The position numbers were made by a program, and so were the translations under genes. A stretch of 64,000 bases of DNA, taken from an uncultured Bdellovibrionales bacterium. GTDB lineage: Bacteria > Patescibacteriota > Minisyncoccia > Moranbacterales > UBA1568. How positions within the stretch are numbered: position 1 is the stretch's first letter; each line of letters begins with the position of its first letter. Below are positions 56,045-64,000 of this stretch, in pieces. The notes beneath the pieces were generated by a model. It saw nothing but the letters and a program-made list of their open reading frames with translations, did no database searches and was not told the DNA's origin. The stretch spans positions 131,826-195,825 of the forward strand of contig CAZCNN010000001.1 of assembly GCA_964500505.1 (NCBI GenBank), read 5' to 3'.

Positions 56045-57169
56045 TCACTTGATATTGCGGAGGGCCATATAGATGATACTGGAATCGGCGGGGTCATAAG
56101 CGAGGACTGAGACGCTACGGTCGATGTAGAGATCGACCACCGCCCAGGTATCACCACCATTGGTCGAACGATAGAAGGCGGAGCCGGCGGAAAAGATGAT
56201 TTCTTGGGAGTTGCGCGGATTCACGACGACGGTACGCACGGGGAACTTCTCAGCACTTTCGATGATGTTGACCTTGTTCCACGTCCGGGTAAAGTCATCG
56301 CTCCGGTAGAGGCCGCCATTCTTCGTCGCGTAGAGACGCCCAGAGACGATTGGATCAGCGGTGATAGAGAGGGCCATATCTGGTCCGCCGGTCGACGTCG
56401 TAGCAGGAGCATTATTATTGGTATTGGTCACTTGCATCTGGTCAGTCCACGCTACGCCACCATTGTCCGAATAATAGATTTTCTTGTTGATACTCAAGGC
56501 ATAGATTGACATGGGCTCGACTGCATCGAACGAAATCTCGGTAATCGGACCATCGAGGGTCTGACCGACGTTCTTCCAGGTCTCACCACTATCGGTACTC
56601 TTCACCACGGTCCCGGCGCTCGTCCCAGCAAAGAGGACATTGGTATCTCGTGGATGCTGAGCGAGGATAGTGATCACTACGCCCGCGCCTGGCTCAGTAT
56701 AGACCGCGCGCCACTCGGTACCTCCGTCATCCGTCCGAAAAATCTTGCCGAGATTGCCGATGGTCCCCGAGGCGAACATGCGATTGTCCGGGTCGTTACG
56801 GTCTAGGATGAAACTATAGATTTTCTTCGGGGGAAAGACTATCTGCTCCCAGTACTCTCCGGCATCCATGGATTTGAAGATGCCGTGATCGGCGGTCGCG
56901 ATATAGAGGATGTTCGAGTCATTGGGATGAAACGAGAGCGCCAACACGTCGGCTTTGGTGATGGCTTGTTTGTCATCCACCCGTGACTTGACCTCAAAAG
57001 TCTGGCCTGAATCGATACTCTTCCAAACACTCCCCGCCTGAATCTTTTTGCCAAAGACATCGGTCGGTTGCTCGCTCGCGGTTGGTGTCGGGACACTGAA
57101 TGGCAACTGGATGGTACACCCGGACAAAACGACCGCCGACACCACGAGTAAGAGTGATTTTTTGAACAT
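56045..57169 (-). CDS. BNR/Asp-box repeat beta-propeller lipoprotein (Ycf48-like)
   Basis: Lipobox LSGC; repeated S/T-x-D-x-G-x-T/A-W Asp-boxes (TDDGGTEW, STDSGETW, SDNGGVAW, STNGGDTW). Confidence 0.65.
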   Translation of the reverse strand: MFKKSLLLVVSAVVLSGCTIQLPFSVPTPTASEQPTDVFGKKIQAGSVWKSIDSGQTFEVKSRVDDKQAITKADVLALSFHPNDSNILYIATADHGIFKSMDAGEYWEQIVFPPKKIYSFILDRNDPDNRMFASGTIGNLGKIFRTDDGGTEWRAVYTEPGAGVVITILAQHPRDTNVLFAGTSAGTVVKSTDSGETWKNVGQTLDGPITEISFDAVEPMSIYALSINKKIYYSDNGGVAWTDQMQVTNTNNNAPATTSTGGPDMALSITADPIVSGRLYATKNGGLYRSDDFTRTWNKVNIIESAEKFPVRTVVVNPRNSQEIIFSAGSAFYRSTNGGDTWAVVDLYIDRSVSVLAYDPADSSIIYMALRNIK

Positions 57170-57274
57170 AGTTTTGATAGATTCTTTGACTTCAGTATAG
57201 CAGAAAATATCCCCGGGAAACAGGGCCTCTCTGGCTCGTTTCTGCCAAATCTCTCCCTATGCTAGAATCGGAAT

Positions 57275-57700
57275 ATGTCACAATCTCTCCTCCCCACTGG
57301 TATGGTTTTTGGTGTTTTTGATGGATTTCATCCTGGACACCAGTTTTTCCTCTCGCAAGCTCGAGCACGCTGTGAGAAACTCGTCGTCGTGGTCGCCCTC
57401 TCGGAGGTAGTCGAGCGGATGAAGAAGCGTCCGCCACTCTATAGCTACGAAGAGCGCGTGGCTCGCATAGAGGAGTTCGATAGTAGCCTCACGGTGGTCC
57501 CGAGTGACCCTGGTCTCGGTGACTGGCAGGTACTCAAAGATCACCAGCCTGATATCGTATTCCTCGGGTATGATCAGGTCGCTCTCGGCCAAGCCCTCTC
57601 AGATATCTCCATGCCCCACACCTTTATCGACTCGCACCACCCCGAAAAATACAAGTCCGGTTTGCTCCGTTCGGCGCAAGAAACTCAGGAGGGCAATTGA
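57275..57700 (+). CDS. Cytidylyl/adenylyltransferase-like protein (HxGH nucleotidyltransferase, RibF N-domain-like)
   Basis: GVFDGFHPGHQ matches the FAD-synthetase/CTase (H/T)xGH motif; 141 aa. An alternative start at M10 (57302) is possible. Confidence 0.55.
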   Translation: MSQSLLPTGMVFGVFDGFHPGHQFFLSQARARCEKLVVVVALSEVVERMKKRPPLYSYEERVARIEEFDSSLTVVPSDPGLGDWQVLKDHQPDIVFLGYDQVALGQALSDISMPHTFIDSHHPEKYKSGLLRSAQETQEGN

Positions 57701-57748
57701 CGGATTGGCTCAAATTCATTAGACTACACACTGTTATGTGAAAATCAT

Positions 57749-57824
57749 GGGTGCGTAGCTCAGTCGGTAGAGCAGTGGCCTTTTAAGCCAACGGTCGAGG
57801 GTTCGATTCCCCCCGCACCCACCA
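57749..57824 (+). tRNA. tRNA-Lys (anticodon UUU)
   Basis: Hand-folded: acceptor GGGTGCG/CGCACCC, D-loop AGTCGGTA, anticodon loop CTTTTAA, T-loop TTCGATT, encoded CCA. Confidence 0.8.
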
Positions 57825-57829
57825 GACGA

Positions 57830-57857
57830 AAAGTCCCCGTAAGGGGATTTTTGTTTT
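57830..57857 (+). terminator. Rho-independent terminator after tRNA-Lys
   Basis: TCCCC-GTAA-GGGGA followed by TTTTTGTTTT. Confidence 0.6.
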
Positions 57858-57911
57858 GGGGTAGGAGGAAGCCAACTGCTTGGCTTACGAGAGGGATGAG
57901 AAAGGCGGAGT

Positions 57912-57962
57912 GATATTTCGCGAGCACGCGAAACCACGAGCCGGGGTCGCGGAAATATGGCC
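57912..57962. repeat. Divergent copy of the CGCG/AAATAT repeat family seen flanking the PaaX-like gene (ATATTTCGCGagcaCGCGAAA ... GGTCGCGGAAATATGGCC)
   Basis: Compare GGTCGCGAATATACGAGCC at 48808-48826; lies inside the tRNA-Lys duplication scar. Confidence 0.4.
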
Positions 57963-57989
57963 ACGTCGGTGGACAGATTATCTGTGACC

Positions 57990-58009
57990 GATTCCCCCCG
58001 CACCCACCA
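57990..58009 (+). repeat. Exact 20-bp duplicate of the tRNA-Lys 3' end (GATTCCCCCCGCACCCACCA)
   Basis: Identical to 57805-57824, 166 bp downstream: an att-like direct repeat. Confidence 0.75.
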
Positions 58010-58012
58010 ATC

Positions 58013-58045
58013 AAAAAAAAGACCCTATTTCAGGGTCTTTTTTCT
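58013..58045. terminator. Bidirectional terminator (serS on minus; tRNA-Lys region on plus)
   Basis: A8-GACCCT-ATTTC-AGGGTC-T8. Confidence 0.65.
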
Positions 58046-58060
58046 TTCTAACTAGGCATT

Positions 58061-59383
58061 CTACCCCTTCGGTCGAATCACATCCTTGCCGACAAAGGGA
58101 CGGAGGACTTCGGGGACGATGACTGAGCCATCAGCCTGTTGGTAGTTCTCGAGGATTGAGATAAAGATACGCGGGCTCGGGAGAGCTGTGTTGTTGAGCA
58201 TGTAGACATGCTTCTTGTCGCCGTTCTCGTCCTTGTACTTCACATTGAGACGACGTGACTGCCAGTCGAGGAAGTTCGAGGCTGATCCTGTCTCTCCGTA
58301 ACGGTTCATCCCTGGCATCCAGGCTTCGAGGTCAAAGGCACGGTATTTGCCGGCGCTCATGTCACCGCTACAAATCTGGATCTTGCGGTATGGGAGACCG
58401 AGCTCACGATGCATCTCTTCGGAGACAGCGATCATTTCTTCCTGAAGCTGGTTGGCCAGTTCGATATCGGCCGGACAGAGGACGACCTGCTCAACTTTCA
58501 TGAACTCATGTACGCGGTACATGCCCTTGGTGTCCTTACCATAGCTCCCAATCTCACTGCGATAGCACTGACTGAACCCCGCGAGGCGGAGTGGCAGCGT
58601 CGCACCATCAAGCACTTCGCCCGAATAGTACGCGAGGAGTGATGGCTCGGCAGTCCCGACCAAGAACTTGGCTTCTTTGGAGACACTCCCATCGGCTTCT
58701 TTGTCTGAGGTAGCGACCTGATAGATCTCATCGACGCCACCATCATATTCGAGTCCCTTGAAGTAGCCACTACCAAAGAGCGGAAAGCCCTTGACCAAAG
58801 TCGGTGGAATCATCGGAGCAAATCCCTTCGCGACCATTTTCTGAATAGCATAGAGCATCACACCCATGACGAGGAGCGTCCCTTCGTTCTTGAGATAATA
58901 GCCCCGATAGCCAGACACCTTGGTCCCCCGCTCGAGGTCGAGGATATCGAGCATCTGGCCGAGTTCGATGTGGGTGCGCGGAGTGAAATCAAACGACTTT
59001 ATCTCGCCGTACTTTCCGACTTCTTGATTCTCAGCATCACTCTTGCCCCGTGGGGTATCTGGAGAAATGATATTGGGTACCTGGGCCATAAGCACTTCGT
59101 ACTCATCTTTCACCCGAGCGAAGAGTGGTTCGAGCGCCTCGGTTTTTTGCTTGATTTCTTTGCCTTTCTCGATCACTTCGGCCCGCTCTTCGGGAGTCTT
59201 CGCCTGCTTGATGAGGTCATTGATATCATTCTTGAGCGACTGGAGCTCTTCAATTTCTTGGAGAAGTGCGATCCGCTCTCGGTCCTTGGCCAAAAGAACA
59301 TCAATATCGACTGACAGATTCTTGGCGGAGACAGCCGCTTTGACGGCATCGACATTGTTTCGGATGAATGCGATATCAAGCAT
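58061..59383 (-). CDS. serS: Seryl-tRNA synthetase
   Basis: N-terminal coiled coil, class II motifs, 440 aa; MLDIAFIRNN start. Confidence 0.95.
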   Translation of the reverse strand: MLDIAFIRNNVDAVKAAVSAKNLSVDIDVLLAKDRERIALLQEIEELQSLKNDINDLIKQAKTPEERAEVIEKGKEIKQKTEALEPLFARVKDEYEVLMAQVPNIISPDTPRGKSDAENQEVGKYGEIKSFDFTPRTHIELGQMLDILDLERGTKVSGYRGYYLKNEGTLLVMGVMLYAIQKMVAKGFAPMIPPTLVKGFPLFGSGYFKGLEYDGGVDEIYQVATSDKEADGSVSKEAKFLVGTAEPSLLAYYSGEVLDGATLPLRLAGFSQCYRSEIGSYGKDTKGMYRVHEFMKVEQVVLCPADIELANQLQEEMIAVSEEMHRELGLPYRKIQICSGDMSAGKYRAFDLEAWMPGMNRYGETGSASNFLDWQSRRLNVKYKDENGDKKHVYMLNNTALPSPRIFISILENYQQADGSVIVPEVLRPFVGKDVIRPKG

Positions 59384-59434
59384 ATGGGTAGCTTATAACT
59401 TTTAGCTTCACTAGCCTATAGAATTCTAAAAATT

Positions 59435-59511
59435 TGGTGGTCGCACCTGGACTCGAACCAGGGACCTCTGCAATGTGAATGCAGCATTCTAACCAACTGA
59501 ACTATGCGACC
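59435..59511 (-). tRNA. tRNA-Val (anticodon CAC)
   Basis: Hand-folded: acceptor GGTCGCA/TGCGACC, anticodon stem CTGCA/TGCAG with loop TTCACAT, T-loop TTCGAGT, encoded CCA. Confidence 0.7.
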
Positions 59512-59526
59512 AAATTTTTGACACTC

Positions 59527-60987
59527 TTACTCTTTGTCTTTCATCGGCGGAAAGATGACCGTCTCGCGGATGGAACGGTTCATGAGGATAGCAAAGAGTC
59601 GCTCGCTCATCCCAAACCCGCAAGCTGGTGGCATGCCGTACTCAAGCGCCTGGATAAAATCCTCGTCAAGCATCATCCCCTCTTTGTCGCCAGCATCACG
59701 GAGCTTCATCTGCTCCTCAAAGCGAGCCCGCTGATCGATCGGGTCGTTGAGCTCTGCAAAGCCGTTCCCGAGCTCACTCTTCCCAGCAATCGGCTGAAAA
59801 CGGAGGGTTCGGCGAGGATTGTTCGGGTCGAGTTTGGCAAGCGGCGACACTTCGAGTGGATGTCCCACCAAGAAACACGGCTGAAGCAATTTCTGACGCA
59901 CCGTTTTCTTGTAGATGGTATCAATCATGCGGCCCTTGCCGTAGTTCTTTTCGTACTTGATATGGAGTTCATCGGCTTTCTTCTGGAGCTCCGCGACGGT
60001 CACCTCGCCAGAGAGATCAATCCCCGTTTCTTTCTGAAACTCAGTGAAATAATCAACGCGAGGGAAGTCCACGTTCCAATCAATCGTCACGTCTTCATAG
60101 GTAGTCTGCATACTCTCACCAACCACGGCTCGAACGATGTCCTTGTAGAGGCGTTCGACGAGCGCCATGCCCTGCTCCATGTTCATGTAGGCAGCGTAAA
60201 ACTCCATGTGATCAAACTCCTGGAGGTGCTCACGGTCGATGCCCTCATTGCGGAAGACGCGACCAATCTCAAACACGCGTTCATAACCACCGACGAGGAG
60301 ACGCTTGAGCGCGAGCTCAAGTGAGATACGGAGATAGAAGTCGGCATCGAGGGCATTGTGATGCGTCACAAATGGTTCGGCTTCGGCGCCTCCAGGGATG
60401 TGTTCGAGGACTGGGGTCTGGACTTCGAGGAAACGCTCCTCGGAAAGAATCCGTCGGACCGTCTGCCAAAAGGCGTTTTTCTTCACAAAGAGATCGCGTG
60501 TCTCCTGATTCATGAGGAGGTCGAGGTAACGACGACGGAGGAGCTCTTCTTCGTCCTTCAATCCATAGAATTCACTCGGGATAGGACGGAGAGACTTACA
60601 GATCATCTGCCAAGACTCGACGCGAATACTCTTCTCATCTTGCTTGGTGAGAAAGACTGCACCCGTGAGCGCGAGGAAATCACCGAGGTCGACCGTCTCT
60701 TTGAACAATTTGAAAGACTCGTCACCAAGGGTCTCAAGTGCAAAAAATCCCTGTACCCGACCGCTCCCGTCTTCGACATGACAAAAGGCAATCTTGCCCA
60801 TGACCCGGAGCGACTTAACGCGTCCGACGACTGAGACCGGAGTCGCAGCGCTTTCAAGCGCTGTGAAATCCCGGAGCACCTCGGCGCTAGTATGAGTCCG
60901 AGTGACCGTGTCAGGATAGGCCGTCTTGGCGGCTCCTGTAATCTTCTCGAGCTTTTCGAGTTTGGTTGTGAGAATATCTTCACGCAT
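59527..60987 (-). CDS. lysS: Lysyl-tRNA synthetase (class II)
   Basis: OB-fold N-domain, class II motifs, 486 aa with a LysS-like C-terminus (GMPPACGFGMSERL, GMGIDRL-type motif). Confidence 0.95.
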   Translation of the reverse strand: MREDILTTKLEKLEKITGAAKTAYPDTVTRTHTSAEVLRDFTALESAATPVSVVGRVKSLRVMGKIAFCHVEDGSGRVQGFFALETLGDESFKLFKETVDLGDFLALTGAVFLTKQDEKSIRVESWQMICKSLRPIPSEFYGLKDEEELLRRRYLDLLMNQETRDLFVKKNAFWQTVRRILSEERFLEVQTPVLEHIPGGAEAEPFVTHHNALDADFYLRISLELALKRLLVGGYERVFEIGRVFRNEGIDREHLQEFDHMEFYAAYMNMEQGMALVERLYKDIVRAVVGESMQTTYEDVTIDWNVDFPRVDYFTEFQKETGIDLSGEVTVAELQKKADELHIKYEKNYGKGRMIDTIYKKTVRQKLLQPCFLVGHPLEVSPLAKLDPNNPRRTLRFQPIAGKSELGNGFAELNDPIDQRARFEEQMKLRDAGDKEGMMLDEDFIQALEYGMPPACGFGMSERLFAILMNRSIRETVIFPPMKDKE

Positions 60988-61108
60988 ATAGACCCATAAT
61001 AGCCTCTCCTAAAGCAAAAAGCAACCCGCCTACAGCGCTAGGGCGCAGTATGGCGGGCATGGCCCTATTTCAGAGAGGGCGGCTTTCAGAATTTTCAGAG
61101 ACACAACA

Positions 61109-61564
61109 CTAGTTCACAGAGAGGATTTCGTACTTGACGGTGGCGGCGGGAGTGGTCACTTCTACTTTGTCGCCCTTGCCCTTGCCCAAAAAGGCCTGGC
61201 CGAGTGGGGATTCGTTAGAAATCTTGCCAGCGGCTGGATCTACTTCGTTCGAACCCACGATTTCAAAATTAAATTCTTTGCCTCCAACTTTGACGGCAAG
61301 CTTGGAGCCCATACCGATGGTCTCAGTGCTCTTGTGCTTCTCGGCCACCACCGAGTCCTTGAGCATACTCTCAAGCTCAGCAATGCGTGATTCGTTTTCG
61401 TTCTGATGATTTTTGGCTTCACTATATTCGGCGTTTTCGGAGAGGTCGCCCTGCTCCTTGGCTTCTTTGATGGCATCGGCAATCTCGTGGCGGATTTTGG
61501 TCTTCCGCTCTTCGAGTTCGGTCTGCAATTTTTTGAGCCCTTCCGGAGTAAATATTTTTGCCAT
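61109..61564 (-). CDS. greA: Transcription elongation factor GreA
   Basis: MAKIFTPEGLKKLQTELEE coiled coil plus an FKBP-like C-domain; start at ATG 61562-61564. Confidence 0.9.
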   Translation of the reverse strand: MAKIFTPEGLKKLQTELEERKTKIRHEIADAIKEAKEQGDLSENAEYSEAKNHQNENESRIAELESMLKDSVVAEKHKSTETIGMGSKLAVKVGGKEFNFEIVGSNEVDPAAGKISNESPLGQAFLGKGKGDKVEVTTPAATVKYEILSVN

Positions 61565-61691
61565 AAAAGCGTGTTGATACAAAAGAAAATTCTCTCCCAA
61601 GAGGAAAGAATGGAATTAAGAGTTCCTCAATACTACCAAAATACGAGGAATTGTCAATCCTCATTTTTATGGCTTATAATAGCAAAAATAT

Positions 61692-63578
61692 CTATTTCTC
61701 GCGGTTGAAATACCATTGATAGACCTCTTTGGTCACCGGGACGGCATTGTAACCCTCCTCTCCCTGTCCCTCGACAAGGACAATGATGGCGAGCTCGGGC
61801 GCTTCAAACGGTGCAAAGGACACAAACCAACCGTGCGTCTTGTCCTCGTTGCCGAACTGAGCGGTGCCGGTCTTGCCGGCCACAGCAACGGGGAGATCAG
61901 CCAACTGCTGGGCCGTCCCCTCGGTCACGGTCTCCCGCATACCCTCGCGCACGATACGGAGGATATTGGCATCAATGAATTTCTCCCGAATGATCCGCGT
62001 CGGCACGGCTGTCACTTTGCCGTCATAAGAGCGAATCTGGGAAACGATGCGCGGTTCGTAGAGCGTCCCGCCATTGGCGATAGCGACGATGGAGTTGAGG
62101 ATTTGAAGCGGAGTGGCTGTCACATAGCCCTGACCAATCGACGAGTTGTAGTCATCACCGATGTACCAACGTTCACCAATCTTTGTTTGTTTCCAAGTAG
62201 CATCCGGCAAAAGTCCCGTGACCTCACCGCCGACATCGATGCCAGTCTTGGCTCCATACCCAAAGAGCTCCTCATACTTTTTCATCCGGTTCATCCCGAG
62301 TCCCTGTATCCCGCCATATCCCCCGCCAATAGAATAGAAAAATACATCGCTCGACACAGCGATAGCTCTCCTGATATCGGTAAAGCCGTGAACTTTCCAG
62401 TCACCAAAGAAGAATCGTCCGACATTGATCCCTCCCCGACTCTCTATCTGCGTATGTTCATCCACCACCCCCTCAGTGAGAGCAGCCGCCGCGAGGACTG
62501 GCTTGATAGTCGATCCAGGTGGGTAGGCTCCGGCCACCACCCGATTGAAGAGAGGCTCCGATGGATCATTCAGAAGTGCGCGATAGTCCTCGCCAGAGAT
62601 TCCCCCAGCAAAGAGATTATTGTCGAAACTCGGGAGACTGACGAGTGCCCGTACGGCGCCACTCCGCGGATCGATAGCGACCGCTCCAGCCCGCTTCAAA
62701 TCATTCTTCTCGAGAATCGTCTGGAGACTATCAAAAATTTTCTTCTGAAGGTCGGCATCGATATTAAGGATGAGGTCCTGTCCGGGGACTGGCTGGACAA
62801 CGCCGAGCTCTTTCTTGACCTTGCCAAAGGCATCCACCTCAACCCGCTCCCACCCGTGCTTGCCACGGAGAGCCGACTCGTAGCTCTTTTCTATCCCCTG
62901 TTTGCCAATCGAATCAGTGAGGAGATAGTCCGGGTGCGCCTCGAGCTCTTCTTTGCGAATCTTGCCCTCGTAACCAAGGATATGAGAAAAGATGAGGCTA
63001 TCGAGATACTGACGACGGGTCGTCTGATAGAGGCCTACTCCGGGGAGTTCATGGCTCTGACTCAGATACAGGAGCGTCTCTTCTTGACCGATACGTTCCT
63101 TGAGGAGAATCGGGAGAGTCGAACGCCGGTCCAACTTGGCAAAGGCGTTGTCGATGACCTCACTCTCGAGACCAAAGAGCGTCGCCATCCGACGCTTCAG
63201 TTCGGCCTGGGCTCCTTCATCCGTCGGTACGTCAGCGGGTACGAGCACCGCGTCGACACTGGGGATATTCTGGACCAGGGGCTTACCTGTAATGTCGTAC
63301 ATAATCCCTCGAGGGGCTGGGATGATGAGCGCCCGGAGGCTGTTCTTGAGCGCGATGAGACTGTATTCTTCGCCTTTGATGACGCTCAAGAAAAATATCC
63401 GTCCACCGAGTACGACGAGAAAGAGTATCATCCCCATGAGAAACCAGCGTGAGACTGATCGATTGAGAGGCCATTCCATTTTGACCGCGTCCTTTTCGGA
63501 GAGGGTGAGGACGGCATCATCAATCTCCATACTTCCCCGCTCATGGAGGAGTTCGTCTTTGCGAATAAAGAGTTTCAT
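61692..63578 (-). CDS. mrdA: Penicillin-binding protein 2 / peptidoglycan D,D-transpeptidase
   Basis: N-terminal TM helix, dimerisation domain, and transpeptidase motifs STIKP, SSD and KTGT. Confidence 0.85.
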   Translation of the reverse strand: MKLFIRKDELLHERGSMEIDDAVLTLSEKDAVKMEWPLNRSVSRWFLMGMILFLVVLGGRIFFLSVIKGEEYSLIALKNSLRALIIPAPRGIMYDITGKPLVQNIPSVDAVLVPADVPTDEGAQAELKRRMATLFGLESEVIDNAFAKLDRRSTLPILLKERIGQEETLLYLSQSHELPGVGLYQTTRRQYLDSLIFSHILGYEGKIRKEELEAHPDYLLTDSIGKQGIEKSYESALRGKHGWERVEVDAFGKVKKELGVVQPVPGQDLILNIDADLQKKIFDSLQTILEKNDLKRAGAVAIDPRSGAVRALVSLPSFDNNLFAGGISGEDYRALLNDPSEPLFNRVVAGAYPPGSTIKPVLAAAALTEGVVDEHTQIESRGGINVGRFFFGDWKVHGFTDIRRAIAVSSDVFFYSIGGGYGGIQGLGMNRMKKYEELFGYGAKTGIDVGGEVTGLLPDATWKQTKIGERWYIGDDYNSSIGQGYVTATPLQILNSIVAIANGGTLYEPRIVSQIRSYDGKVTAVPTRIIREKFIDANILRIVREGMRETVTEGTAQQLADLPVAVAGKTGTAQFGNEDKTHGWFVSFAPFEAPELAIIVLVEGQGEEGYNAVPVTKEVYQWYFNREK

Positions 63579-63580
63579 AG

Positions 63581-64000
63581 CTAGCGTATATTGCGAAATT
63601 GGCGCTCGCTCATCTGTCTCACAAAAGTCTCAAATCGGGAGATGCCTGCTACCGTAAGCATAAACACTGGGAGAAAAACAAGCAACGAAAAAATCAAACT
63701 CTCATCGGTAGGAGTCGAGAATCCAAAGACTCGCTTCATCCCACCCTCAACCGAAAGCGCTCCGTATAAAAATTGGTAAAAGAGCGCCGCGAGATAGGAG
63801 AGGAGTCCATAGAGTACCACACCGATACCCTGATGCTCAAGAAGGAGGCGGCGGAGGAGAAAGCTCGTGACGTAGGAGAAAACGACCGCGTAGACCGAGA
63901 ACCACGTCACTCCCCCAAAGGTCACCGCATCATAGAGGAGCGTGAGGGGCACAACCACCAAGAGTGCAGAGGGGAAATTGCGGGCTAGCGTGAGCGAAGC
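63581..64000 (-). CDS. mreD: MreD-like rod-shape membrane protein (N-terminus off the window)
   Basis: Small polytopic membrane ORF immediately upstream of PBP2; the frame stays open to the window edge. Confidence 0.45.
   Translation of the reverse strand, partial: ASLTLARNFPSALLVVVPLTLLYDAVTFGGVTWFSVYAVVFSYVTSFLLRRLLLEHQGIGVVLYGLLSYLAALFYQFLYGALSVEGGMKRVFGFSTPTDESLIFSLLVFLPVFMLTVAGISRFETFVRQMSERQFRNIR

Noticed and set aside
1-64000. CRISPR arrays, transposases, integrases, toxin-antitoxin or restriction systems
   Set aside because: No regularly spaced repeat array and no ORF with recognisable nuclease, recombinase or toxin motifs was seen. The only mobile-element evidence is the tRNA-end duplications and short repeats.

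Overview
The window is about 90% coding, with most genes on the minus strand, and reads like a small-genome bacterium. Gene content suggests a CPR/Patescibacteria-like organism (inference from an ADP-forming acetyl-CoA synthetase, a DUF4012 protein, large surface proteins with tandem 2-TM pilin-like C-termini, and a fragmented dcw cluster). Housekeeping genes I can support from the protein sequences: ftsA, a PfkB sugar kinase, eno, pgk, mraY, a D-Ala-D-Ala carboxypeptidase, scpB/scpA, an MFS transporter, rpmA, a DUF2207 protein, pyrG, rplI, queA, a DedA protein, ddl, two Nudix hydrolases, secA, hpf, murB-murC-murG-ftsW-trmD, ADP-forming acetyl-CoA synthetase, rseP, frr, serS, lysS, greA, PBP2 and a partial mreD-like gene. 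RNA genes found by eye: tRNA-Cys(GCA), tRNA-Lys(UUU) and tRNA-Val(CAC). A polysaccharide/cell-envelope locus spans roughly 37-49.4 kb and 53.4-54.1 kb (DUF4012 protein, two Wzz-like paralogs, two GT4 glycosyltransferases, an NAD-epimerase, a methyltransferase, a Wzy/O-antigen-ligase-like protein, a beta-helix protein). Best leads: (1) two paralogous roughly 650-aa secreted proteins with C-terminal tandem TrbC/VirB2-like 2-TM modules; (2) a 3.8-kb high-GC, high-GC3 island (49.5-53.3 kb) encoding three exported proteins with their own terminators; (3) a small winged-helix (PaaX-like) gene bracketed by about 34-bp direct repeats whose core is inverted between copies, with a related motif inside a tRNA-Lys 3'-end duplication scar; (4) a tRNA-Cys with a degenerate 3'-half duplicate and an 11-bp flanking inverted repeat; (5) a triple 12-bp TTACGTAA tandem operator-like array upstream of ddl; (6) a recurring CCACACCAA/TTGGTGTGG palindrome in two promoter regions. 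No CRISPR array, integrase or transposase was seen. All calls come from reading the sequence by eye; no searches were run.
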